From a virus: a stretch of DNA of 64,000 bases. Below are positions 48,055-56,791 of this stretch, one piece after another. The notes under the pieces are model-generated. The model searched no databases. It saw nothing but the letters and a program-made list of their open reading frames with translations, and was not told where the DNA came from. The position numbers were made by a program, and so were the translations under genes. Location: the IMG/VR virus record IMGVR_UViG_3300037225_001188, positions 1 to 64,000 of that record; one strand, given 5' to 3'. The number at the start of each line of letters is the position of its first letter. The first letter of the stretch is position 1.

Positions 48055-48279
48055 CTATGAGCTGCTCCTGGCGAACTGGTTGACGTTCTCCGCCTCGGTG
48101 TCGGCCTCGTACATCAGCGACTCCCAGTCGCGGATGTCGATGGGGCTCTGCCGGTTCACGTACTCGTACGATTCCTGGTAGCTCATCCCGCACCGGAAGC
48201 GCAGTACGTCGGCCACCTTCCCGGCGAGGGCGGAGTCGCGGTTGGCGACGGCCTGCTTGATGGCGTCGGTGAGCTTCAC
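48055..48279 (-). CDS. hypothetical protein
   Basis: coupled ORF. Confidence 0.6.
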   Translation of the reverse strand: MKLTDAIKQAVANRDSALAGKVADVLRFRCGMSYQESYEYVNRQSPIDIRDWESLMYEADTEAENVNQFARSSS

Positions 48280-48593
48280 GTCTCCTCGATCTCGACGTCC
48301 GGGTTGACCGCGTCGAGCAGCGCCTGGGCGTCGGTCTTCCGGCAGCGCATCCGCCCGTCCTTGTCGCGGTACATCTCGACCGCACCCTCGGCGTAGCGGC
48401 TCACGTTGTTCGTCTCCCCGAGCCAGCCATCGAGCCGCTGCTCGTGGCTCTGGTTCGTGCGGCCTGGCTCGGCGGCGAGGCGGTACACCTCGCGCCCGTT
48501 GCGATCATTGTAGACCACGCGGATGAGGAAGTACTTGCCGGGGCGGATGTCGTCGTCAACGTCGTCTTGCACTTCGATACCGTGGATGCGCAT
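48276..48593 (-). CDS. hypothetical protein
   Basis: GGAGG RBS. Confidence 0.65.
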   Translation of the reverse strand: MRIHGIEVQDDVDDDIRPGKYFLIRVVYNDRNGREVYRLAAEPGRTNQSHEQRLDGWLGETNNVSRYAEGAVEMYRDKDGRMRCRKTDAQALLDAVNPDVEIEET

Positions 48594-48594
48594 G

Positions 48595-48876
48595 CTATTT
48601 CCTCCCTTGTGCGATGAGCTTCTGAAGCAAGTCGTAGACCTTGTCGATCACTTCGTTGATGCTATGCTCTTTGTAGTATTTGAACGCCTCCTCCTGGGCC
48701 TCGTCGCTGATGGTCATCTCGCTTGAGTCCAGGAGATGCAGAGCTTCAGCTAGGTCGAACACGAACCGCAGGTCGCTGTGCAGCTCCCGCCGCTGCCAGA
48801 GGACAGAAGCAGGGAGCTGCCGCGGGGCGCGCTTCTTCTTCGGCGACGGCCGCTCCTCAGCCTTGCGCTTCGCCAT
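48595..48876 (-). CDS. hypothetical protein
   Basis: ORF. Confidence 0.55.
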   Translation of the reverse strand: MAKRKAEERPSPKKKRAPRQLPASVLWQRRELHSDLRFVFDLAEALHLLDSSEMTISDEAQEEAFKYYKEHSINEVIDKVYDLLQKLIAQGRK

Positions 48877-49624
48877 CGGCCTTCCACCCTGGCAGGTCGT
48901 GACCGAACTCGTCGAGCCCAAGCTTGGCCTCGATACCGTACGGCAGGTAAGGGTTGTAGACGCGCGGGTTCACTCCCCTCGCCCACGCCATCTTGATCTG
49001 CTCGCGCAGCGACGGCGACCGCCCGCGGTTGATGATCTCCTCGTCGAGCTTCTCCCGCACCTTGGCCTCGACGATGTAGTAGCCGAGGCGGTAGGTGCTG
49101 CCGAACGGCCCGCTGTACGCCCGCGGCTGGTTGTCCTCGGGCTTGAACTCCTCCCGGATGCGGACCTCGATGTTGCCGTACTGTCGCGCCATGTCGGCCG
49201 TCATCTCGGCCGCGTTCTTGGCGTAGGTCTCAGCCCCGAACCCTTGGGTGCTGTAGCTGCCGGGGTGGATGCGGTCCAGCTCGACCCACTGGTCGCCGGG
49301 CTCGGGCGTGCAGCGCAGGGCCGCAGCCTTCACGAGCTTGGCCGCGGCCTCGACCGCAGCCTGGCGCTCGGCGTAGAGGCGGTCGGCCTCGGGTTGGAGC
49401 TTGGTCTTGATGGCCTGCAGCTTCTCGCTAGGCAGTACCTTGCAGGCGGTGTCGAAGTCATTGACCACCCGCTGCCCCTTCTTCCTGGAGACCTTGGCCG
49501 CCGCGATGACCTCCTCGTGGAAGGCGACGGTCAGCGGGTGGTCGGGGGAGTAGAGCTTGCGTGCCTCAGCTTCGGCAGAGCGGAGCTGCTCGAGCGCCGC
49601 GGCGAACTCCTCACGTGGGGTCAT
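48857..49624 (-). CDS. hypothetical protein
   Basis: hairpin leader, GC3-rich. Confidence 0.7.
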   Translation of the reverse strand: MTPREEFAAALEQLRSAEAEARKLYSPDHPLTVAFHEEVIAAAKVSRKKGQRVVNDFDTACKVLPSEKLQAIKTKLQPEADRLYAERQAAVEAAAKLVKAAALRCTPEPGDQWVELDRIHPGSYSTQGFGAETYAKNAAEMTADMARQYGNIEVRIREEFKPEDNQPRAYSGPFGSTYRLGYYIVEAKVREKLDEEIINRGRSPSLREQIKMAWARGVNPRVYNPYLPYGIEAKLGLDEFGHDLPGWKADGEAQG

Positions 49625-49670
49625 TAGTTCTCCGTTCTCCTGGCTGGAAGAACCAGGGTTCGTTGGTATC

Positions 49671-50357
49671 CTACGGTCTGGCGCAGGTGGCGGTGGTGAT
49701 GAACCCGCCGACGTAGACCTGGCCGACGTAGAAGACGCTGCACCAGCAATCGGCGCCGGTCGCCGTGTCGCTGCTCAGGTAGAACGCGCTGATGTAGAAG
49801 CCCTCGCCGTCGTCAGACCTGAGCTGCGGCGAAGCAGTCCCGTGCAGCAGGACGTCGGCAGCGTCGCGGCAGCAGACGCAGTCGGTCATCGTGATGGCCG
49901 GGTCGTACGGGGTGGACAGGTGGGACGAGGTGTAGACCTTGGACTTGGATAGGAGGCCGGTCGCGCCCGTCGGACCGCGGCTGCCCTGAGGGCCAGCAAC
50001 TCCGACGCCCGTCGGCCCCGTCGGGCCAGCTATGCCGGCACCGGTCGGCCCCGTCGGGCCGCGGCTGCCCACGGCGCCGTCCGCGCCGCGCCCGCCCTGC
50101 GGACCCTGCGGCCCGGCAGGTCCAGCCTGCCCCTGCCCTTGAGGGCCGGCCGGGCCGACGGCACCGGCCGGGCCGCGCGCCCCGGTGTCGCCCTTGACGC
50201 CGACGCCCGTCGGCCCTGCGGGGCCAGCGGGACCCGTGGCGCCAGCCGGCCCGGCTGGGCCGATCACGTTTGCGCCCTCGGGGCCGACCGGGCCTGGCTG
50301 ACCGGTCGCCCCGTCGCAACCGACGAGCAGGACCAGCAGCAGCATCGCTCTCAGCAT
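49671..50357 (-). CDS. collagen-like (Gly-X-Y) lipoprotein
   Basis: lipobox LVGC, about 35 GXY triplets, Cys-rich C-terminal domain. Confidence 0.88.
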   Translation of the reverse strand: MLRAMLLLVLLVGCDGATGQPGPVGPEGANVIGPAGPAGATGPAGPAGPTGVGVKGDTGARGPAGAVGPAGPQGQGQAGPAGPQGPQGGRGADGAVGSRGPTGPTGAGIAGPTGPTGVGVAGPQGSRGPTGATGLLSKSKVYTSSHLSTPYDPAITMTDCVCCRDAADVLLHGTASPQLRSDDGEGFYISAFYLSSDTATGADCWCSVFYVGQVYVGGFITTATCARP

Positions 50358-50502
50358 CGCGGTCCTCCTTGTCTCGTTGTACGTGGCTGGTTTTCTCGAC
50401 AGCCAATCCGTGATATGCTGGTCGCCGAGGCAGAAAATAAATCGGCCCGGCGAAGAGTCGCAAGCTCCGCGCCGGGCCTAACCAGCAAGGTCGGGAGGGA
50501 CC

Positions 50503-50871
50503 ATGCCAGCTTTGAAGAAGAGCGTACCAGAACCAGCCGGCAGAGCCAACGTCGAACCGCCGTGGCTCTTCTACTCGCTGCCGCTGGAGCGAGCCGGCCT
50601 GGACTCGATGTCCTTCCGCGTCTTGATCCACGTGTGGTCGCGCGCCAGGCACGAGAATGGCGTCGCCTACGAGGCCGTGCCGTCCATGGCGCGGGCCATG
50701 AAGATGAGCGAGCGCACGGTGCAACGAGCCCTGGAGTATCTCGTGTCGTGCTGCTTCCTGGAGATCGACGGCTCGCACAAGGGCGGTCGCGAGAACCCCA
50801 CCCGCTATGTCCCGCTGCCGCCAGATCGCTGGGTGGTTGGCGTGCCGCGAACGAGCGGGGAGCGAAAGTAA
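50503..50871 (+). CDS. HTH protein resembling a phage initiator N-terminus
   Basis: FRVL.H......AY..VPSMARAMKMSERTVQRAL..L; GGAGG RBS. Confidence 0.8.
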   Translation: MPALKKSVPEPAGRANVEPPWLFYSLPLERAGLDSMSFRVLIHVWSRARHENGVAYEAVPSMARAMKMSERTVQRALEYLVSCCFLEIDGSHKGGRENPTRYVPLPPDRWVVGVPRTSGERK

Positions 50872-50880
50872 AGGGTGCAC

Positions 50881-51000
50881 GGGGGTCACCCTTTATCGGA
50901 ACGGGGGTCACCCTTTATCGGAACGGGGTCACCGCTAGGGGTGACCCCCTGACACCCGAAGAGATACAGTAGAAGAGATCATGAAGACGATGTAAGAGTT
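50881..51000 (+). repeat. iteron-like repeats + A-rich tract (second origin-like module)
   Basis: 22-bp GGGGGTCACCCTTTATCGGAAC x2, partial third copy, inverted GGTGACCCC, then GAAGAGAT repeats. Confidence 0.7.
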
Positions 51001-51089
51001 CCGCGGCTGGCGCCGCGGCGTGTACCTCTCGGACCTTCGGAGTCCTGGAGGTTCTTCTCGAACCCGCCCAGCGAAGCCGAAGGCTTTGG

Positions 51090-51500
51090 TCACAGCCTCC
51101 AGTTCGCGTTGACGTTCTCGAGCGCGTTTTCCATCGTCGGCTCGTCCAGGTCGATGATGATGTGCCGCTTCGGGTTACGCTTCACGAAGCCCTCGATGCT
51201 CCGGACGTGGTGGTATCCGGGCTCGCTGCGCACGTCGTCGCAGTAGCGTTCGGTCAGCTCCTCACGCTTCTCCTCGTTCGGCTCCTTCGCCCACACGATG
51301 TAGGAGTAGGCCGGCTCGAGGTAGAAGGTCGGGGTGATCTCGCAGCAGAACGTCTCCTCTCGGTAGTCGTAGACGTAGACCTGCTCGATGCGGCGGATGT
51401 ACTGCTTGTCGCCGAGCTGGAAACTGTAGTCCTGGGTCTCGTCGAAGAGGACGGCGTGGAACTCGGGCACGATGTCTTGGCGCGGCTGGTTCATGGGCAT
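51090..51500 (-). CDS. hypothetical protein
   Basis: hairpin leader. Confidence 0.7.
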   Translation of the reverse strand: MPMNQPRQDIVPEFHAVLFDETQDYSFQLGDKQYIRRIEQVYVYDYREETFCCEITPTFYLEPAYSYIVWAKEPNEEKREELTERYCDDVRSEPGYHHVRSIEGFVKRNPKRHIIIDLDEPTMENALENVNANWRL

Positions 51501-51739
51501 CTTGATCTCCAGTTTCTCCAGGCTTCACTTGCCGGGGTAGGTTGCGACTGCTCCGAACACGGCTAACCCCAATGCCGCCAGGTAGACGGCGATGGCGACC
51601 AGCTCCTTCCACGACGGGCGCGTCACTCGGTCACCCGCAGTCGCTCGTCCCAACAGCACTCGTCGCCGATCAGCTTTCCTTGGTGACGATGGGCGTTTGA
51701 CTTCAGGACGATGTGCCCGCAGAGACTGCACTCTATGGT

Positions 51740-52147
51740 CTACCCCTTCAGCTTGCGCAGGCGCACGTAGAGCGACGGCCCGCCGGTGTACCCGAACCAC
51801 ATCTGCCCATGCACGTCGCGCACCCGGACGTAGTACCAGTGGTTCGTGAGGCACCCGCGCTTCACCCAGGCGTTCTCCACCTCGTGGCGGTGGGTGACCT
51901 CACCGAGCTTGCCACCGCTCCAGGTGGTGACGAGCCACTGGCCCATCTCCGCTCCCTTGATGTACGCGAAGAAGCGCTTCTCCGTGAGCAGGTCGACTAC
52001 CTGCCGTTTGTCCCCGCACTCCCAGCAGATCTCCTCGACCGTGCCGTCGGGCATTGGGTGGTGCACCGTCCCCGTGGTGTGCTCGCCATGCTTGCTGGGC
52101 TTGTGCCCGCAGTCCAAGGTGCAGCGGTCTCTCTCTGCTACCGTCAT
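51740..52147 (-). CDS. hypothetical phage protein whose start codon is the IS target
   Basis: MTVAERDRC..; ATG complementary to TCAT 52144-52147. Confidence 0.7.
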   Translation of the reverse strand: MTVAERDRCTLDCGHKPSKHGEHTTGTVHHPMPDGTVEEICWECGDKRQVVDLLTEKRFFAYIKGAEMGQWLVTTWSGGKLGEVTHRHEVENAWVKRGCLTNHWYYVRVRDVHGQMWFGYTGGPSLYVRLRKLKG

Positions 52148-52210
52148 TGGTTCTTCGGCGCGGAGACTGCCTGCTTTAGCTGGCAGAGGAAGCGCCGCTC
52201 CTGTTGTTGG

Positions 52211-52239
52211 TTGACTTGCTTTGGTTGGACGACTATACT
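52211..52239 (+). promoter_or_regulatory. tnpB promoter (leaderless)
   Basis: TTGACT-N17-TATACT, 7 nt before ATG. Confidence 0.75.
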
Positions 52240-52246
52240 CCAAGAC

Positions 52247-53386
52247 ATGAAGTTGGTCGCGGTCGCGAAGCTGCTCCCCACCGACGAACAGGCGACGGCT
52301 CTGCTTGCCACCATGGAGCGCGTCAACGAAGCCTGCGAGTGGCTCGGGGCGCGTGCCTTCGAGGGGCAGACCGCTAACAAGTTCGCCCTTCACCATCTCC
52401 ACTACGGTGACCTCCGGGAGCAGTTCGGGTTGTCGGCCCAGATGGCAGTCAGGGCCATTGGCAAGGTCTGCGACGCCTACAAGCGCGACCGGACGCGGCA
52501 GCCCCACTTCAAGCCCCACGGCGCCATCGCCTACGACCAGCGCATCATGAGCTTCAAGGCCATGGACCGGGTATCGCTCCTGACGCTTGCCGGACGCATC
52601 CTCGTTCCGTTCGTCGCCGGGGCCTACCACCGCGCCCGGCTCGAAGGCGTCCGTGGTCAGGCCGACCTCGTGCTCCGCAAGGGAAAGTGGTACCTCTACG
52701 TGACCGTCGAAGTTCCCGACGGCGCACCAGTTGACCCCGAGGGATGGCTGGGCGTGGACCTCGGCATCCGCAACCTTGCCACCGACTCCGATGGCGAGCG
52801 GCACAGCGGGGCCGGCGTGGAGGCGGTGCGTCAGCGCATGCAGCAGCTCCGCACCGCGCTTCAGTCCGTCGGCACGAAGAGCGCCAAGCGCCACCTCAAG
52901 CGACTCGCGGGGCACGAGGCCCGCTTCCGTTCCGACGTGAACCACATCATCTCGAAGCGCATCGTTGCCAAGGCCAAAGACACCGCGCGCTGGGTCGCAG
53001 TCGAGGATCTGACCCACATTCGCGAGCGGACCACGGTTCGACACGGCCAACGGGCGATGCACTCCGGGTGGGCTTTCTTCCAGCTCCGGTCGTTCTTGAC
53101 GTACAAGGGCAGGCTCGCTGGCGTGCCGGTTGTCGCCGTCGACCCGCGCAACACCTCGCGCACCTGCCCCCGTTGCGGTCACGTCGACAAGCGCAACCGA
53201 CGCACGCAGGCTGAGTTCCGCTGCGTCGCTTGCGCCTTTGAGGCGCACGCCGATGTAGTGGGAGCGACCAACATTGCAGCACGGGCCGCCTTCAACCGGC
53301 CCATCGTCTCGAGTATTGGGAGTGAAACGCACCTTGCGATACCTCTCCTAGCTCAGGGGCAAGCCGCCAGCTTCAGCGGGCGGTAG
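52247..53386 (+). CDS. tnpB: RNA-guided endonuclease TnpB
   Basis: GVDLG (RuvC-I), VEDL (II), TSRTCPRCG..C..C Zn finger, ADVVGATNI (III). Confidence 0.95.
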   Translation: MKLVAVAKLLPTDEQATALLATMERVNEACEWLGARAFEGQTANKFALHHLHYGDLREQFGLSAQMAVRAIGKVCDAYKRDRTRQPHFKPHGAIAYDQRIMSFKAMDRVSLLTLAGRILVPFVAGAYHRARLEGVRGQADLVLRKGKWYLYVTVEVPDGAPVDPEGWLGVDLGIRNLATDSDGERHSGAGVEAVRQRMQQLRTALQSVGTKSAKRHLKRLAGHEARFRSDVNHIISKRIVAKAKDTARWVAVEDLTHIRERTTVRHGQRAMHSGWAFFQLRSFLTYKGRLAGVPVVAVDPRNTSRTCPRCGHVDKRNRRTQAEFRCVACAFEAHADVVGATNIAARAAFNRPIVSSIGSETHLAIPLLAQGQAASFSGR

Positions 53387-54794
53387 TTGACGCTGCCTCC
53401 AGGTTGATGACGGGGGCCACGGGGTCGTCCCCCTCGGCCACGTCGCGGACCATCGTGATGCTCGTGGCGATGGGCACCAGCGATGCCAAGCTCCCGACGT
53501 CGCGCCCGACGCCGACGCAGAACCATGACACACCCTCGGTCTTGGTGAGGTTCGTCGCCGCCTTGATGGCCGTGTCGTTGAGCAAGTCTTCGCCATCCGT
53601 GATGACCACGACGTCGGCCTTCTTCATGGCCCGGCTGGTCCGCACCAGCTCGCACGCCCGCAGGACCGGGGCGTTGAAGTCGGTGCCGCCCTCGCAGCGG
53701 TGGTCGAGGGCGTCGCTGAGGTCCTTCGGCGTGGCTCGCCCGGCCTCGATGCCGATCTCGCGGACGATGTCCCCGTTGAAGGCGACGAGGTGGAAGGACC
53801 GCCGCTGCTTGGTCGCCGTGCTAAGGAGGGCGAGCGCGACCGCCTTGCTCCAGACGTCCTTGCCGTCTTCGCGCATGGAGCTGGACTCGTCCAGCAGGAC
53901 CACGACCGGGCCGCGGGTCTCCGTCTCCCGTCCGCTCATCTCGTAAGTGAGGGCCCGCCCCTCCATGAGCTTGGCGAAGAGGGCGAGCTTGAGACGCGGG
54001 TGACGCAGGGCCACCAGCTCCGATGGCAGGAGCCGGGCGAGGTCGCTGCCCATGCCCACGCCGTGGACCTCACCCACGCCGGGCTTGACCTTGGAGCGGG
54101 CCTTGGCCGCGGCCACCCGTTCCAGCCGTCCGGCCAGCTCGGCGATGCGCTTGAGGCGGGGCGAGTCGCGGAGGCAGCGGTGCGCTTCGCGGACCGCCCG
54201 CATGTTCGCCGGGCCGGTGTTCTTCGCGACCGCGGTTCCTGGGGAGCTGATGCCGAGCGGCGTCTCCACGCCCTCCATCTCGGCCTCGGCCTCCTGCACC
54301 TGGGCGGCCGCCTGGCGCGCGGCCTTGCGAATGGTGGCGCGCAGGTCGGCGTCGGACGCCTGGCCTTGGCCTGAGCCGCCGCCCTGGCCGGGCTGAGGCT
54401 GCTCGCCGCTCTGGCCTCCCGGTTGCTGCTCCTGGCCCGGCTGTCCCTCGTCCTTCGGGGCGTCGGGCACGTGCGGGAGCAGGCTCTCCAGCATGCACTC
54501 GGTCGCGATGCCAGCGGCGAAGCCGTTGCGGGCGCACATGACGCGGAGCCGGCCCCACTCGGCCAGCTCCCCCGCCATCTCGTGCAGCTTGGTCGCCCAC
54601 TCGGGGGCGTTGTCCAGGGCCTGCGGCTCGCCTTGAAGATACAACCTGGCGTGAAGGTCGGCAGGGAACCCGGCGAACGCCGGGCCTTGCTTGCCGATGC
54701 CCGCGGTCACGAGGTCGGCCGCGGGCTGGGAGGTGGCGATGTGCTCTGACCAGAGGCGGTCGAGCCACTTGCCGGTCTTGTAGCAGAGGCCCAT
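53373..54794 (-). CDS. VWA-domain protein (ViaA/CoxE-like)
   Basis: DLARLLPSE, LDESSSM MIDAS, GGTDF, ITDG. Confidence 0.9.
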   Translation of the reverse strand: MGLCYKTGKWLDRLWSEHIATSQPAADLVTAGIGKQGPAFAGFPADLHARLYLQGEPQALDNAPEWATKLHEMAGELAEWGRLRVMCARNGFAAGIATECMLESLLPHVPDAPKDEGQPGQEQQPGGQSGEQPQPGQGGGSGQGQASDADLRATIRKAARQAAAQVQEAEAEMEGVETPLGISSPGTAVAKNTGPANMRAVREAHRCLRDSPRLKRIAELAGRLERVAAAKARSKVKPGVGEVHGVGMGSDLARLLPSELVALRHPRLKLALFAKLMEGRALTYEMSGRETETRGPVVVLLDESSSMREDGKDVWSKAVALALLSTATKQRRSFHLVAFNGDIVREIGIEAGRATPKDLSDALDHRCEGGTDFNAPVLRACELVRTSRAMKKADVVVITDGEDLLNDTAIKAATNLTKTEGVSWFCVGVGRDVGSLASLVPIATSITMVRDVAEGDDPVAPVINLEAASTTAR

Positions 54795-54805
54795 GCTGGT
54801 TCTCC

Positions 54806-55078
54806 TCAGACGTACAACAGGAGCTTGTAGGCTCCGGTCGCGCACGCCTCATTATAGGTCTTGATGAACTCCTCAGTGCAGCCGTGCTTCCGCATGTGGC
54901 TGACGGTGCTCTCGATGAACCTGGCGCGGGCAGCGTATTCCCCAATCGGGCAGTGCAGCAGGAACTCGCATGCATCCTTGTGGGCGAACGTGGCGTACTC
55001 CATGCAGTACTGCCAGTTGATGTTATCGTCCTCGAACAGGTCGCTAGCCTCGACCTCGGCGATGACGTGGAAGCGCAT
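54806..55078 (-). CDS. hypothetical protein
   Basis: ORF. Confidence 0.6.
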   Translation of the reverse strand: MRFHVIAEVEASDLFEDDNINWQYCMEYATFAHKDACEFLLHCPIGEYAARARFIESTVSHMRKHGCTEEFIKTYNEACATGAYKLLLYV

Positions 55079-55081
55079 GGT

Positions 55082-55357
55082 CTACCCCTTTTTGTTCTTG
55101 GTCTGGTTGTCGTACCGCGGGTCGCCCTTGATCTTGCTCGGCCAGTCGTGGCCGTTGTGGCAGCAGACCAGCGGGAGCTTCGTCTCCGAGTCGAGGTCCG
55201 TCATCTGTCCGTTCCAACAGACCTCAGTCTCTCCGTCCCACTCCACGTCGTTGCCGCCGGTAGGACAGCCGTCGAACAGAGCGATGCCTGGGATGGTGTC
55301 GCAGGTCCCGATGGCGGGCTCGCCGCACGTCGGGCAGATCGGTTTGCTGAGCTTCAT
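55082..55357 (-). CDS. Zn-finger hypothetical protein
   Basis: CPTC...C.NGH.W. Confidence 0.65.
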   Translation of the reverse strand: MKLSKPICPTCGEPAIGTCDTIPGIALFDGCPTGGNDVEWDGETEVCWNGQMTDLDSETKLPLVCCHNGHDWPSKIKGDPRYDNQTKNKKG

Positions 55358-55359
55358 GG

Positions 55360-56505
55360 CTATGCCACGCTTCCCGGCGCCATGTGCAGCCGCGAGAGGG
55401 ACTGGAGGGCGAGCTGCGAGAGCGCTCGGTGCCAGGTCTGCACTTTCTGCAGCGCCGCCTTGGCGCGGGCCGTCTTCTTCTCCGGGACGCCGGCGATCTT
55501 CGTCTCGAGGCGCGAGTGGATGTCGCCGAGCTGCCGGAGCAGCGGCTCGAGCGCCTGGGTGAGCTGCGGGTTGTCGATGGTCGGGCGCTGGTCGTAGAGG
55601 TCCTTCGCCGCGTCCTCCAGCTCGACAGCCTCCAGGTTGAGCGGGTTGGCGACCTTCGCCACGACGCGCTCGACGACGCGGATCTGCGCGGGCTCGGTCC
55701 ACAGGGAGTGGACGAGGACCTCGCAGTGGTCGGCGCTGGTCTCCGTTTCGCCGTCGAGGAAAGCCTTGGCGCGGAGGAGCTTGCCGCACGCCTTCCAGCG
55801 GCGGTCGCTGGCGCTGACGCCTTCCTCTTCGAGCCCGTGCTTGATGTTGATGAGCCCATCCACCGTGTCGTCGGTGAGCGGCGTCATCGCCACGAGGCGC
55901 TGCGCCTCGGCCAGCTCGACGAGGGAGACGGTGGCGTTGACCGAGGTGGCGTTGCAGCGGAGCAGCATCTTGAGGCTGTCGTCATCGGCGAGCGGCTGGA
56001 CCACGAGGCGCACGAGGAAGCGGTCGTACATGGCGCCGAGGCTGGCGTCCTCGGGCAGCTCGTTCGAGGCTCCGACCATGGAGAGCAGCTTCGCGGGCAC
56101 CGCCGCCCCCGCCTCGTGGTAGACGCGCTCGTTCATCAGGCTGAGCATGGAGTTCAGGATGGCCGAATTCGCCTTCATGCATTCGTCGACGAAAACGAGA
56201 TGCGCGTCGACGATGCTGCCCTTGATGATGCGCTTGTACTCGTCGTGCTCCAGGGCGCTGAGGCTGAGCGGCCCGAAGAGTTCCTCGGGGGTAGAGAAGC
56301 GGGTGAGCAGCCGCTCGAAGTAGGTGGCGCCCGTGATGCGCTCGCACACGGAGCGCACGAGCATCGACTTCGCGGTCCCGGGAGGGCCGAGGAGCAGCAG
56401 GTGCTCCCGGGTGAGGAGCGCGAGGAGCGCGGCCTCGACGGCGGTCTCACGCTCGAGCAGGTTCGCGTTGAGGTCCTGGGCGAGAGCGATGATCTTCTGG
56501 TGCAT
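55360..56505 (-). CDS. MoxR/RavA-family AAA+ ATPase
   Basis: GPPGTAKS, LLTRFSTPEELFGP, VDE..KA.SAILN, ASNELP, YDRF, SDRR. Confidence 0.93.
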   Translation of the reverse strand: MHQKIIALAQDLNANLLERETAVEAALLALLTREHLLLLGPPGTAKSMLVRSVCERITGATYFERLLTRFSTPEELFGPLSLSALEHDEYKRIIKGSIVDAHLVFVDECMKANSAILNSMLSLMNERVYHEAGAAVPAKLLSMVGASNELPEDASLGAMYDRFLVRLVVQPLADDDSLKMLLRCNATSVNATVSLVELAEAQRLVAMTPLTDDTVDGLINIKHGLEEEGVSASDRRWKACGKLLRAKAFLDGETETSADHCEVLVHSLWTEPAQIRVVERVVAKVANPLNLEAVELEDAAKDLYDQRPTIDNPQLTQALEPLLRQLGDIHSRLETKIAGVPEKKTARAKAALQKVQTWHRALSQLALQSLSRLHMAPGSVA

Positions 56506-56551
56506 GGTGACTGCCTTTCTCCAGGTTGGCAGAACCTGGGTTGCGGTGCTG

Positions 56552-56590
56552 CGTTGGCCGGACCACGACGAGTCGAACGTCGAGGCCCGG
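56552..56590 (-). ncRNA. tRNA-like minihelix E
   Basis: CCGGGCC-T-CGACG-TTCGACT-CGTCG-T-GGTCCGG-CCAACG. Confidence 0.6.
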
Positions 56591-56622
56591 GGTACTATCG
56601 AGCCAGGGCTCCGAGCCCTGCT

Positions 56623-56790
56623 CTATCCTGGCAGCTTCCCCATTCCGCTCAGGCCGAAGATGAGTCCAAGCGCAAAGGCCATCAGCACGAAGGCGATGCC
56701 GGCCAGGATGGTTCCATTCATCACGGCCGTCTGGACCACGCGCCGTAGCTCGCCCGCCGTCAATTGCGTAGCTGGTTTGAGATTGTCCAT
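56623..56790 (-). CDS. small TM protein, 55 aa, not in ORF track
   Basis: MDNLKPATQ..GIAFVLMAFALGLIFGL. Confidence 0.55.
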   Translation of the reverse strand: MDNLKPATQLTAGELRRVVQTAVMNGTILAGIAFVLMAFALGLIFGLSGMGKLPG

Positions 56791-56791
56791 C

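Larger units (their letters stand above)
52148..53391 (+). mobile_element. non-autonomous IS200/IS605 (IS1341-type) TnpB element
   Basis: LE hairpin 52167-52186 after TCAT; RE hairpin 53364-53383 ending TGAC; excision restores ATGA coupling; no tnpA in window. Confidence 0.9.
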
